From NCBI GenBank assembly GCA_963716725.1, contig CAVQUB010000011.1, forward strand, positions 32,001 through 96,000: 64,000 nucleotides of DNA, given 5' to 3'. The notes beneath the pieces were generated by a model. It saw only the letters and a program-made list of their open reading frames with translations, had not been told where the DNA came from and ran no database searches. The first letter of the stretch is position 1. Each line of letters begins with the position of its first letter. Positions 29,063-39,054 of this stretch are shown here, piece after piece. Source of the stretch: an uncultured delta proteobacterium (GTDB lineage: Bacteria; Myxococcota_A; Polyangia; Polyangiales; Polyangiaceae). The position numbers were made by a program, and so were the translations under genes.

Positions 29063-30613
29063 GTGACGAAGCTCCGACTCGTGTCTCTAATCCGCGGGCT
29101 GGTTCTCACCATCGTCGCGCTCGGCTTGCTCTCCTGGGCTCCCATCGCAGCGGCCCTCACCTCTCCCATCAGCGGTGCGGTGGCCTACCCGACGACGGGG
29201 CCCAAGCTCTACCTGCCCTTTCCGGCGGGCACCAAGGTCAAGCTGCTCTCGGGCTACAGCCCCAGCGGCGGTTCGAGCCTGCACGCGGACACCAACGCAG
29301 CGGGCAAAGCCAACGACTACTACGCCCTCGACTTGGTGATCGAGGGTCAGCCCAACTTCGGCAAGGGCCTGCCGGTGGTCGCGCCCATCGGGGGCAAGGT
29401 CGTGAAGGCCGGCTGGGCCACCTCGGGTTGGGCCAACTACGGCCAACGGGTGATCCTCGAGCACGATCTCGGCGATGGACACAAGTACCACAGCCTCTAC
29501 GCACACCTAGACACGGTGACCGTGACCGAGGGCTCGACGGTCAACACTGGACAGAAGCTCGGGACCCTCGGCGGCTCGTGTCAGGGCGCGCTGTCGTGCG
29601 GATCGTTTTCGACCCCGCATCTGCACTGGACTTTGCATCGAAACAGCCTGGTCGGAGGCAGCGGCACCGGCGGCTCGTACGGCGGCAACGCCGTGGTTCC
29701 CGAGCCAATGGACGGTGCGGAAGACCTGAAGCAGGGCATGGTCATCACCAGCACGAACTCGGAGAACCCCGTGTGCGGCGACTCGGTGTGCAACGGCACC
29801 GAGACGCCGGCCACTTGCCCGGGCGATTGCAAGGTGTGCGAAGTCGTTCCGCCTCAAGGGCGCGTGGTCAGCGAGAGCGAATCGCTCTGCTTCAAGCAGG
29901 CGGGGTCCCCAACCTATTGGCACACCGCAGCCGCGGGGCACGATGGATCGCTTCAGTGGACCCTCGGCACGAACGATCCAAACCCCGACAACTTCGCGAC
30001 GTGGGATCTCGGCTTCGCCGAGGCCGGCGACTACAGCGTCGAGGTCTATACGGCCCAGAGCCACGCGCAGTCGAAGCAAGCCAAGTACACGGTGAAACAC
30101 GGCACGCAATCGAGCCCGAAGACCGTCGACCAATCGGCCAAAGACGGCTGGCAATCCCTCGGGACTTTCGCCTTCACCAAGGGCGCCGCGCAGTCCCTTC
30201 GACTCGACGACAACACCGGGGAGGCCGTGAGCCTGAAGCGCCAGCTGGTGTTCGACGCGATCCGACTGACCCGCATTTCGAGCAGCAGCGGCGGGAGCAG
30301 CAGCGGCGGGGCGGCCGGCACGGCGGGAGCGGCCGGCACGGCGGGAGCGGCCGGCACGGCGGGAACCCCCTCGGACGGAGGTTCGAGCGCCGGCGGAACC
30401 TCGGCCAGCGGTGGCGCAGGCGCCAGTGTGGGCGCCGGCGGATCGATGACCAGCGAGGACGAGGCGAGCGGCTGTCAGTGCCGCGCTGCAGGCGGGAACC
30501 GCAGCGCCGCCGGGGGCTTCGTGCTGCTCGGTCTCGCCCTCGCAGCCCGGGGTCGACGGAGGTTCAGCGCACGTCCCACACCGCGAGGGTGCAAGACAGA
30601 TCGCCGTTCTTGA
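29063..30613 (+). CDS. M23 family metallopeptidase with Cys-rich linker, golvesin-like beta domain and MYXO-CTERM sorting signal
   Basis: Signal peptide; H...YALD, PVVAP..G.V, YG..V.L.H, YAHL, PHLH; GW..LGTF.F...FDAIRL; C-terminal GCQC...FVLLGLALAARGRRR. Confidence 0.85.
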   Translation: MTKLRLVSLIRGLVLTIVALGLLSWAPIAAALTSPISGAVAYPTTGPKLYLPFPAGTKVKLLSGYSPSGGSSLHADTNAAGKANDYYALDLVIEGQPNFGKGLPVVAPIGGKVVKAGWATSGWANYGQRVILEHDLGDGHKYHSLYAHLDTVTVTEGSTVNTGQKLGTLGGSCQGALSCGSFSTPHLHWTLHRNSLVGGSGTGGSYGGNAVVPEPMDGAEDLKQGMVITSTNSENPVCGDSVCNGTETPATCPGDCKVCEVVPPQGRVVSESESLCFKQAGSPTYWHTAAAGHDGSLQWTLGTNDPNPDNFATWDLGFAEAGDYSVEVYTAQSHAQSKQAKYTVKHGTQSSPKTVDQSAKDGWQSLGTFAFTKGAAQSLRLDDNTGEAVSLKRQLVFDAIRLTRISSSSGGSSSGGAAGTAGAAGTAGAAGTAGTPSDGGSSAGGTSASGGAGASVGAGGSMTSEDEASGCQCRAAGGNRSAAGGFVLLGLALAARGRRRFSARPTPRGCKTDRRS

Positions 30614-31670
30614 GCCGGTGACGCTGGGCAAAGTTCGGCGGGCGGAAGGGAACGTCTGGCCCGAGCAGTATCGCGATTCGGTGTCCGGCTGAGACGCGAG
30701 CGAACATCGCTCCGATCTGTTCGTAGAGATCGCGGCCGCCCTCGAGGCGTTCGCCATAGGGCGGGTTGGTGATCAGCAAGCCGGGCGGAGTGGTGCCGGC
30801 GAACGCATCGAGCTCAGCGCGGTGAAATGAGGCACGCGCCCCGGCGCGTCCGGCGCTCTGCCGCGCAAGCTCCAAGGCGCGGGGGTCCCGGTCGTAGCCC
30901 GACACCGGTGGACCGTCCTGGTGCTGTCGGTCCCGAGCTCGTCCGCGCAGCACCGACAGGCGCTTCTCGAGGCTGGGCTCGAAGCTCGCCCAGCGCTCGA
31001 AGCCAAAGCGCTGGCGTGAGAGCCCCGGCGCGACGCGGCGGGCCCAAAGGTCGGCTTCGATGGGCAAGGTGCCGGAGCCGCACATCGGATCGGCGAGAGG
31101 GCTCTTGCGATCCCAACCCGACAAACGAAGCATGGCCGCGGCGAGCGTCTCTTTCAGCGGCGCCAGGGCGCCGGGCTCGCGATAGCCCCGCCGGTGCAGC
31201 GACTCGCCCGCCAGGTCGAGCGCGATCGTCACACGATCGCGGGCCAGCCGCACGAACACGCTCACGTCGGGATCATCACGATCGACGGAGGGGCGCGCCC
31301 CGGTGAGCGCGCGCAGTCGATCGACGATGGCGTCCTTGGTGCGCTGCGCGACGAACATCGTATTGTCGAGCCCCGGCGCGAATCCGACGGCGCTCACCGC
31401 CAAGGTCGTCTCCGGTGAGACGTGTTTCTCCCAGGCGATCTCCCGGGCCGCGTCGTAGAGATCGCGTTCGCCCTGGCAGGACGCATCCGCCAAAGGCAGC
31501 AGGACACGGACGGCTATCCGGCTCTCGAGACAGATCCGGTAGGCGTCCTCCCAGCGCCCCGACATCTCGGCGCCCCCTACCACCGCACGCCCGCGCCCGA
31601 TGCCGAGCTCCGCGAGCTCCTTGGCCAAGGCACCTTCCACGCCCATGGGTGCGGTGACGAAGAACTTCAT
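30564..31670 (-). CDS. THUMP-domain class I SAM-dependent RNA methyltransferase (RlmL-like)
   Basis: LHRRGYR...APLKETLAAAML, DPMCGSGT..IEA, NPPYGERL. Confidence 0.9.
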   Translation of the reverse strand: MKFFVTAPMGVEGALAKELAELGIGRGRAVVGGAEMSGRWEDAYRICLESRIAVRVLLPLADASCQGERDLYDAAREIAWEKHVSPETTLAVSAVGFAPGLDNTMFVAQRTKDAIVDRLRALTGARPSVDRDDPDVSVFVRLARDRVTIALDLAGESLHRRGYREPGALAPLKETLAAAMLRLSGWDRKSPLADPMCGSGTLPIEADLWARRVAPGLSRQRFGFERWASFEPSLEKRLSVLRGRARDRQHQDGPPVSGYDRDPRALELARQSAGRAGARASFHRAELDAFAGTTPPGLLITNPPYGERLEGGRDLYEQIGAMFARVSAGHRIAILLGPDVPFRPPNFAQRHRLKNGDLSCTLAVWDVR

Positions 31671-31716
31671 GGCGCTTTCATGACAATGAGCCGGGCCCTA
31701 GTTTACTCTGGCCAGC

Positions 31717-32607
31717 ATGCACGGCGCGTCACCACGAAGGGTCGCGCGGATCGCCGCCTGGGTCCTCGCGGCGACCCTGGCCCTGGTCCAGACGCTGTCC
31801 GAGAGCACGGCGCAGCCGCGGCTCGCCCCGAGCCCTGCCGCGCGCGCGTCCGCGTCCTTGGGGCGCTGCGGCGCGGACATGGCGGATGTGGGAGGACAGT
31901 TCTGCATCGATCGCTTCGAGTCTTCGCTCGTCGACAAGGCGAGCGGGCGGCAGCTGTCCCCTTACTATCACCCCAGGCCCGTCCTGGCATTGCGTGATCG
32001 TCGACAGTGGCTGCACCGGGCCACCGGCGCCGGAAGCCCGGCGGCGCGCGCGATTGCGTTGCCCGATCTGCCCGGGTGGCAGCTCGAGTCGGGCATCGAA
32101 GCGAAGGCGGTGAGCGAGCCGGGGCGCGTCCCGAACGCCTACCTCGATCTCGAAGCGGCGCGTCGCGCCTGCGAGAGCGCGGGCAAGTATCTCTGCAAGA
32201 AGCGCCAGTGGCTCATGGCCTGCCGCTCCGAACGCGGGACTCGACAGCCCTACGGCGAAGACTTCGACCCCGCCCGCTGCAACCTGGCGGCGCCCATCCA
32301 CCCCGGTGTCGTCTTGCACGGCAAGGCGGCGCTCGACGGGCGCGACCCCCGACTGAACCTGGTCGAGCACGCCGGCCGCGCGATGCTGCGCCCGACCGGC
32401 ACGCTGCTGGGCTGCGCCAGCGCTTGGGAGGGCGACGCCGTCTGGGACATGGCCGGCAATCTCGACGAATGGATCGATGATCCGGCCGGCACCTTCGTCG
32501 GCGGATTCTACGCGCGCGAAACCCACTGGGGGTGTGACGCGCGCGTCGAGATCCACTCCGCTGACTATTACGACTACAGCTTGGGCGCACGCTGCTGCAG
32601 GGACTAG
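31717..32607 (+). CDS. SUMF1/FGE-sulfatase-like domain exported protein
   Basis: Signal peptide; [17 protein letters not shown]...[24 protein letters not shown]. Confidence 0.8.
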   Translation: MHGASPRRVARIAAWVLAATLALVQTLSESTAQPRLAPSPAARASASLGRCGADMADVGGQFCIDRFESSLVDKASGRQLSPYYHPRPVLALRDRRQWLHRATGAGSPAARAIALPDLPGWQLESGIEAKAVSEPGRVPNAYLDLEAARRACESAGKYLCKKRQWLMACRSERGTRQPYGEDFDPARCNLAAPIHPGVVLHGKAALDGRDPRLNLVEHAGRAMLRPTGTLLGCASAWEGDAVWDMAGNLDEWIDDPAGTFVGGFYARETHWGCDARVEIHSADYYDYSLGARCCRD

Positions 32608-33812
32608 CGCTTCGCGCGGTCCCGCAGGGCGTCGAGGCGAAGGCGGAGGCCCGTCAGGCGGATGAAACCCGTGGCGTCCCGCTGGTCGTAGACGTCGTCG
32701 CGCTCGAAGGTGACGAAGTCTTCACGGTACAGCGTGTAGGGGCTCTTGCGTCCGACCACGGTGACGTTGCCCTTGTAGAGCTTCAGCCGGACCGTGCCCG
32801 TGACGACCTCTTGGATCGAGTCAAACATGCCTTGCAGCATGATGCGCTCGGGGGCGAACCAGAAGCCGCGGTAGACCAGCGTCGAGTACTCGGGGATCAA
32901 CGAGTCACGGATCCGGATCTGCTCGCGGTCGAGGGTGATGGACTCCATGGCGCGGTGGGCCCGGTGCAGCACCGTTCCGCCTGGGGTCTCGTAGACTCCG
33001 CGGCTCTTCATGCCAACGTAGCGGCTCTCGCACAGGTCGATTCGACCGACGCCGTGGCGGCCGGCGATCTCGTTCATGCGTCCGAGCAACATGGCCGGGC
33101 CGTAGGCCTGACCGTTGATGCTCACCGGGTTGCCATTTTCGAAGCCGATCTCGAGGTACTCGGGCTCGTTGGGCGCGTCCATCGGATCGCGGGTGAGCAG
33201 GAACATGTCCTTTGGGGGCTCGTTCCAGGGATCTTCGAGCACGCCTCCTTCGAAGGAGAGGTGCAAGAGATTGCGATCCATCGAGTAGGGCTTCTCGGCG
33301 CTGACCGTGATGGGGATGCCGTGCTTCTTGGCGTACTCGATGCAGTCGGTGCGGCTCCTGAGCGACCACTCGCGCCAAGGCGCGATGACCTGCACCTCGG
33401 GATCGAAGAACATCGCACCGAGCTCGAAGCGCACCTGGTCGTTGCCCTTTCCGGTGGCGCCGTGGGAGATGGCATCGGCGCCGGTCTCCTTCACCGTCTT
33501 CATCATGCCTTCGATGATGCAGGGGCGCGCCAGCGAGGTCCCGAGCAGGTACTCGCCCTCGTAGATAGCGTTGGCGCGGAGCGCCGGAAACACGAAGTCG
33601 CGCACGAAAGCCTCGCGCAGATCCATCTGCACGTAGTGCGCGGCGCCGGTGTCCTTGGCCTTCTTCTCGAGACCCGAGAGTTCTTCTGCCTGACCCACGT
33701 CGGCGCACCAGGCGACGACCTCGCACTTGTGCGTTTCGATGAGCCAGCGCAGGATCACGCTCGTATCCAGACCCCCCGAGTACGCGAGCACGACTTTCTT
33801 GACGGGTTTCAC
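32604..33812 (-). CDS. argG: Argininosuccinate synthase
   Basis: [55 protein letters not shown]. Confidence 0.98.
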   Translation of the reverse strand: MKPVKKVVLAYSGGLDTSVILRWLIETHKCEVVAWCADVGQAEELSGLEKKAKDTGAAHYVQMDLREAFVRDFVFPALRANAIYEGEYLLGTSLARPCIIEGMMKTVKETGADAISHGATGKGNDQVRFELGAMFFDPEVQVIAPWREWSLRSRTDCIEYAKKHGIPITVSAEKPYSMDRNLLHLSFEGGVLEDPWNEPPKDMFLLTRDPMDAPNEPEYLEIGFENGNPVSINGQAYGPAMLLGRMNEIAGRHGVGRIDLCESRYVGMKSRGVYETPGGTVLHRAHRAMESITLDREQIRIRDSLIPEYSTLVYRGFWFAPERIMLQGMFDSIQEVVTGTVRLKLYKGNVTVVGRKSPYTLYREDFVTFERDDVYDQRDATGFIRLTGLRLRLDALRDRAKR

Positions 33813-34615
33813 GACAGTTCCTTCTCCGGGTTCTCGAGCACTTCCTTGAAGCGCTTCGCCATGCGGCCGGCCTGATAGCCGTCCGCGACCCGGTGGTCAA
33901 ACGATGCCCCGATGCTCAGCATCGGTCGCACCTCGACGCGGCCGTCCACCGCGGCCGGCGCGTCCCGCACCGCCCCCACGGTCAGGCAAATCGGGGTGCG
34001 CGAGGGCGGAAAGAGCGGTGCCTGCCCCACGGTGAGCCCGAAGCCCGCGACGCTCGTGACCATCGCCGACCCGAAGGCGTCGTAAGGCACCCCGAGCCTG
34101 GCCAGGTCGAGATCGAAGTCGTAGGTCAGACGCTCCCCGAGCTGCATGGCGACCTTGACCAAGAGCGGCGGGAGCCGAGCCATTCTCCGGGCGGTCTCCT
34201 GCGTCGGGTGGTCCTTCGCGACGCGGATGCGCGACGCGCACGCCGCGAGCTCCGCGGCGATCTCGACCACGCTCTTCGCGTCGACCTGGCTCACCTTCGC
34301 GCCCGCAAGGTTCTCTCCGCCGTCGAACGCGACTTGGAAGAAGATGTCCACGCTGTCGCGGACGTAGATGCGCCCGCGACGGATGATGGCGTTGACCTCG
34401 GGGCGAGCGGCGATGGCCACCGCTGCGGCCTTGCCCACCAGGTGCGTGAGGGTGATCTTCGCCCCGGTTTCGGCGCGAACCTTCTCGATGAAGGCGAGGG
34501 AGTTGGTCGCGTCCACATCGATGACGCCATACACCGTGGGATCGCGAGGCGCGTCCCAGGCGTGCACGGCCATGGCGCGCCACGCGGGCACGTTCTCGAG
34601 TCGGCGGAAGCTCAC
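33809..34615 (-). CDS. 2-oxo-acid dehydrogenase E2-like acyltransferase, catalytic domain only
   Basis: [12 protein letters not shown]....[13 protein letters not shown], terminal SFDHRVADG...F...LENP; no lipoyl or subunit-binding domain. Confidence 0.85.
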   Translation of the reverse strand: MSFRRLENVPAWRAMAVHAWDAPRDPTVYGVIDVDATNSLAFIEKVRAETGAKITLTHLVGKAAAVAIAARPEVNAIIRRGRIYVRDSVDIFFQVAFDGGENLAGAKVSQVDAKSVVEIAAELAACASRIRVAKDHPTQETARRMARLPPLLVKVAMQLGERLTYDFDLDLARLGVPYDAFGSAMVTSVAGFGLTVGQAPLFPPSRTPICLTVGAVRDAPAAVDGRVEVRPMLSIGASFDHRVADGYQAGRMAKRFKEVLENPEKELS

Positions 34616-35160
34616 GGCGACGAAGGAGAACCGCGCCCGGACCCGAGCGCAAGTGCTCGCTCGATCTCCCGGGCCTCCGCCACCCCGGTGCGCCGCCAGA
34701 TCTCCCTGCCGGAACGATCCAGCACCACCAGCGTGGGCACCTGAGCCACGGTTCCGAAGGGGCCGCCGCCCGACAGGGTCAGGGAGTCGGCCATCGCCAC
34801 TGGGTACGACAATGACAGCGTCGACCGATACGCCGCCGCGAGCTGTGCGTACTTCGGGGCCTCGAGCACGACGGCGCCGCCGTTCGCTCGAGGCACGTGG
34901 GTGCGCAAGACCGCTTCGAGGCGCTGCGCTACGAGCTGAGAGACAATGTCGTAGGTGGTGACGAACAGGATGGCCGTGGCCCGGCCGCGCGTGGTCTCAC
35001 TCGACAGCTCACTCCCATCGGTGGTGCCAAACGCAAACACCACGGGCACGGAGCCCACTTCGCGCTCGGCCCGAAGCGGCTCCGCGGTGGGGCGACAGGC
35101 TCCCGACGCCGCCAGGACCAAGATGCCAACGCAGGAAAACACCCTATGATATCGCGACAT
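34612..35160 (-). CDS. Thioredoxin-fold (TlpA-like) lipoprotein lacking CxxC
   Basis: Lipobox-like SGAC; FVTTYDIVS at the CxxC position; VPTLVVLDRSG cis-Pro motif. Confidence 0.7.
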   Translation of the reverse strand: MSRYHRVFSCVGILVLAASGACRPTAEPLRAEREVGSVPVVFAFGTTDGSELSSETTRGRATAILFVTTYDIVSQLVAQRLEAVLRTHVPRANGGAVVLEAPKYAQLAAAYRSTLSLSYPVAMADSLTLSGGGPFGTVAQVPTLVVLDRSGREIWRRTGVAEAREIERALALGSGRGSPSSP

Positions 35161-35873
35161 CAGAGCGACGAAGCCGCCGGGCCGTTGCTGTACTCCGGGT
35201 CGAACAGATCGGCGAACATCAACAAGCCCTCCGGGTACTCGCGTCCGCAGCGGCGGTGGGCCAGGACGACCAAGGCGAGCTCGTCCACCAGCGGGCTGAG
35301 GGCGGTCCCCTCGAGCCGAACCCCAAACAGCTCGTCGCCTGGTCCCGGAGCAGCGTCACCCTGCACGATCGGATCGTGCCGCACCCAATCGAAGCCCTCA
35401 CCGAGCCGATACCCGCACGCGAGCACTTGGACGAACTGGAGATACAAGGGCGAGACGATGGTCGCGATGCGGCTGCCGTCGCTTGCCACCCCCGAGAGCG
35501 CACGCAGCTTGGAGCCAGGCGTGACCTGCTCGTCGATGGCGCCGATGGCAGCGGTGATACGCGCGCGCCGCCCAGGATCGGACTCGACGGACAAGAGCGG
35601 CGCGTACATCGCGATGCGCGGCACGCGGACCCGGTCTGCGTCTTGCTCGAGGGCGCTCATCCAGAGGTCGCGGGCGCCCGAATCGAGGGCCTTGTAAGCC
35701 ATGGCGGCAGCCAACGCCGCCTCGGCATCGGTCGCGAGCGCGTCCAGCCACTCGCACCACGCAGCGACCACGCGAGGCTCGACGCCCGCGGCGACCGCGC
35801 TGGGCAGCGCAGACTCGCCGTCAGCACCGCTCGGCGTCGGTTGCGTTCGCCGCAACGGCGGCACTTCGGTCAT
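35160..35873 (-). CDS. Hypothetical protein
   Basis: Open frame with stop/start overlap to the next gene; no family recognised. Confidence 0.65.
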   Translation of the reverse strand: MTEVPPLRRTQPTPSGADGESALPSAVAAGVEPRVVAAWCEWLDALATDAEAALAAAMAYKALDSGARDLWMSALEQDADRVRVPRIAMYAPLLSVESDPGRRARITAAIGAIDEQVTPGSKLRALSGVASDGSRIATIVSPLYLQFVQVLACGYRLGEGFDWVRHDPIVQGDAAPGPGDELFGVRLEGTALSPLVDELALVVLAHRRCGREYPEGLLMFADLFDPEYSNGPAASSL

Positions 35874-35960
35874 CGCAATTTGACCCTAGAGGATCGAGAA
35901 CGGGCTCGCAACCGTGTTCGGACGTTCGCCAAACGTCCAACGAGTCCGGCGCCTTCGCCG

Positions 35961-36191
35961 TCACGCCTCGATGATCGCTCCGATTTCGCTGACGAGATCC
36001 GCGAGCAGCTCGTCGAGCTCGTGCTCCCGACTCGGGTGCGTGATAACCAGCAAGTCGCCGCCGTGCTCTGCGAAGAGTCCGCCGAGCCCCTCGCTCGCCT
36101 CGAAGATGCCCTTCACATACACGACGTCGCGAGCACGCACCCGCAGGCTCCGCTGGATCAGGTCATCGTCGACGAGCGGTGCAACTGGCAC
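35961..36191 (-). CDS. DUF4911-like small protein
   Basis: LRV...DVVYVKGIFEASEGLG pattern in a ~76-aa ORF. Confidence 0.65.
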   Translation of the reverse strand: MPVAPLVDDDLIQRSLRVRARDVVYVKGIFEASEGLGGLFAEHGGDLLVITHPSREHELDELLADLVSEIGAIIEA

Positions 36192-36281
36192 ACGGCGAGC
36201 ATAGAGCCGAGTGCTGACGGGTGGGGCTTTTTCCACTAGGGTCCCCGAGCACGCCGCATGTTTCACCACCGCCAAGTCCGC

Positions 36282-37733
36282 ATGTCCGAAGTCGACCCGC
36301 AGGACGACGGCGACGAACTCGAAGCTCTGCCTCCCATCGATCCGGCACCGGACGAGGAGCACGAGGGGCCCGACGACGACGAACTCACGCCGCTGCTCTC
36401 TTCCCTCGAAGAGGCCGTGGATCTCGACGAAGACTGCATGGACCCGGAGGTGGACCTGGGCTTGGAGATCCCCGAGACGCCTCACGACCCCGACGACGGC
36501 CACGAGGTCGTGCTCGACATCGGCAGCTTGCTGTCGCTGGCCGACGACGAAGTCTCGGCAGAGGACGCGGACGGTTCTGGACCCGAAGCGCTCGACCCCG
36601 CCGCCGATCTGGCCGACCTCGGCGAGCCGATCGTGGGCTCGTTGGAAGAGGGGACCGACGAGCCGCTCGAGGATCTGGTCTCCGAAGACCTTCCGGATCT
36701 CGACGCCGACGACTCCGGCGAAGCCCTGGACGAATCGTCGTGGCTCGCGACGGAATCGCTACGTGACGAGGAACTCCCGAAGCGCGCCGAGCGCCCCTGG
36801 CAAGCGGTCCACGACCATGAAGCCGCCGGCGAAGTCGAAGCCTTGGCGCTGGGCACCCGCCGGCTCTGGGCAGCGGGCCGCAAGCTGTACTCCATCGCTC
36901 GAGAAGGCGGGGGCGTGAGTGAAGAGTTGCCGGCGCGAGTGCTGCGCTTGGCTGCCCTCGGGAACGACGTGCTCGCCCTGACCATCTTCGGCAGCCTCGA
37001 GCGAGTGAGGTCGGGCGGCGGCGCGCAACGCATCGCCGGATGGAGCGAGGCGCTCGACCTGTCGACCGCCGGCGCGCCGGAGCTCGCGATCGCACCGTTG
37101 GTCGATGCTGGAGCCGACGCGTTCTTGGTCGCCGGAGGCACGCACCGTATCGCCTTCACGCGAGACGGTGGGGCGAGCTTTCAGTCAGCCGAGGTCGGCG
37201 GGCGAATCGCCGCCGTTTCCGCGGGCTGCCCGGCGCGACTCTTGGTCCACGGCACGGAAGGTTGGGCGTTGCTCGATTGGGTCGGCGATGGTTTGCGCCG
37301 GACCGATCTCGACCGCGTGGCGGAGGAGACCGCCGCGGGCGAGCATGTTGCTTTCGCCTCGATGGGCGAGATCGTGGCGCTCTGTAGCGCCGATCGGGGC
37401 CTGGTGCTCTCGGTGGACGGCGGCCGAGGCTTCTCGAGGATACCGGGCTGCCTGCAGGTCTCCGCGCTCGAGCTGGGTGTGAGAGACGGACGCCCCCGCA
37501 TCTGGCTCGCGCTGTACGTGGAGTCCCAGGAGAGGAGCTTGGTGATCGAGGTCGACGTCTCGACCCAGACCGCAGAGGTCATCGCAGAGCTGTCACCAGG
37601 GGACGACGTCGCAGTGAGCGAAGACCTCGAGGGCCGCGCCCGAGCGCTTGCCTGGGACGCCGAGGCTCGGGTGCTTTGGGCGGCTGGGGGCAGCGGGCTC
37701 TGGCGGCTCGTCCCGCCCGAGTGGACGGCCTGA
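36282..37733 (+). CDS. Hypothetical protein: very acidic N-terminus plus probable beta-propeller (BNR/Asp-box-like)
   Basis: About 160 D/E-rich residues, then FTRDGGASF and LSVDGGRGF Asp-box-like motifs. Confidence 0.65.
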   Translation: MSEVDPQDDGDELEALPPIDPAPDEEHEGPDDDELTPLLSSLEEAVDLDEDCMDPEVDLGLEIPETPHDPDDGHEVVLDIGSLLSLADDEVSAEDADGSGPEALDPAADLADLGEPIVGSLEEGTDEPLEDLVSEDLPDLDADDSGEALDESSWLATESLRDEELPKRAERPWQAVHDHEAAGEVEALALGTRRLWAAGRKLYSIAREGGGVSEELPARVLRLAALGNDVLALTIFGSLERVRSGGGAQRIAGWSEALDLSTAGAPELAIAPLVDAGADAFLVAGGTHRIAFTRDGGASFQSAEVGGRIAAVSAGCPARLLVHGTEGWALLDWVGDGLRRTDLDRVAEETAAGEHVAFASMGEIVALCSADRGLVLSVDGGRGFSRIPGCLQVSALELGVRDGRPRIWLALYVESQERSLVIEVDVSTQTAEVIAELSPGDDVAVSEDLEGRARALAWDAEARVLWAAGGSGLWRLVPPEWTA

Positions 37734-37793
37734 CGCGCGGCCCATAGAGGAGCAGACTTGGCCGAAATCTAGCGGCGTGATAGCGCCTCGGGC

Positions 37794-39041
37794 ATGCCCA
37801 TCGTCGTCCAGAAATACGGCGGCTCCTCGGTCGCCGACATCAGCAAGCTGCGCAAGGTCGCCGATCAGGTCGTGCGGGCTCGCGCAGCTGGCGACGACGT
37901 CGTCGTCGTCGTCAGTGCGATGGGCAAGACCACCGACAACCTCTTGGGACTGGCCCGCGAGGCAGCGCTGCCCCCGGACGCGACCATCGCCAACGGCAGC
38001 GCGGCACCCGAGCCCGCGAAGCGGGAGCTCGACATGCTGCTGTCTACCGGCGAACGCGTGAGCATGTCCATATTGTCCATCGCCATCCACGCTCGAGGTT
38101 ACGACGCGGTGAGCTTCACCGGCTCCCAATCCGGCATCATCACCAACGACCGCCACTTCGACGCGCGCATCATCGAGGTTCGACCGCATCGTATCGAGGA
38201 CGAACTCGCGCGCGGACGAATCGTGATCGTCGCCGGCTACCAGGGCATGAGCTACAAGCGCGAGATCACCACTTTGGGTCGCGGCGGCTCGGACACGACC
38301 GCCGTCGCGCTGGCCGCGGCTCTCGGCGCCGAACGCTGCGAGATCTACAGCGACGTGGACGGTGTGTACTCCGCCGACCCGCGGGTCATCCCCGACGCCC
38401 AGCATCTGCCCGAGCTCGACTACGAGACGATGCAGGAGATGGCCGAGAGCGGCGCGAAGGTACTGAACGCCCAGGCCGTCGACTGGGCGCGTCGCAACAA
38501 AGTCGCCATCTTTGCGCGCAAGACCGGCGACGTGCCAGGCCGGACCGGAGTGCGAGAGACCGTGGTCTCCGACGTTGCCAGCGCCGACGCCGCGCGCCGG
38601 GCGGTGGTCTTGCAGAAGAGCCTGGCGGTCCTATCGGCGGATCGCGGCGCCGCCGCCCGGCTCCTCGCTATCGCCGAGAGCTTCTCGCTACCGCTCGGGG
38701 ATCTCACGCTGGGCGAGCGAGACCTCAGCGCGTGGATTCCGCTGATGAACGTGCCCAACTGGGGTGAGGCCCGAGCCGCACTCGAGGGCGCCAAGCTCGA
38801 CGGCCTGCGGGTGGAGGAAGGGCAAGGTCTTCTGAGCTTGGTCGGTGTCGAGGTCGGAACGCGAGCCGACGTCATCGCCACGGCACTGGGTTGCCTCGGA
38901 AGCGAGCCGCGATTCCTGTTCAGCCACCCGCTCCGCCTGTCCTGCGTGCTGCCGGACGCGATGCTCGAGACCGCTGCGCGGACCTGGCACGACAAGCTCG
39001 GTCCGAGCGCGGCTGGCGCGGTCGGACTGATGACGGCCTGA
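37794..39041 (+). CDS. lysC: Aspartate kinase
   Basis: [53 protein letters not shown]. Confidence 0.93.
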   Translation: MPIVVQKYGGSSVADISKLRKVADQVVRARAAGDDVVVVVSAMGKTTDNLLGLAREAALPPDATIANGSAAPEPAKRELDMLLSTGERVSMSILSIAIHARGYDAVSFTGSQSGIITNDRHFDARIIEVRPHRIEDELARGRIVIVAGYQGMSYKREITTLGRGGSDTTAVALAAALGAERCEIYSDVDGVYSADPRVIPDAQHLPELDYETMQEMAESGAKVLNAQAVDWARRNKVAIFARKTGDVPGRTGVRETVVSDVASADAARRAVVLQKSLAVLSADRGAAARLLAIAESFSLPLGDLTLGERDLSAWIPLMNVPNWGEARAALEGAKLDGLRVEEGQGLLSLVGVEVGTRADVIATALGCLGSEPRFLFSHPLRLSCVLPDAMLETAARTWHDKLGPSAAGAVGLMTA

Positions 39042-39054
39042 GCTCCGCGCGCCG

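Noticed and set aside
31717..32607. FGE/C-type-lectin-fold protein as a diversity-generating retroelement target
   Set aside because: No reverse transcriptase and no template-repeat copy of its 3' end seen in the window
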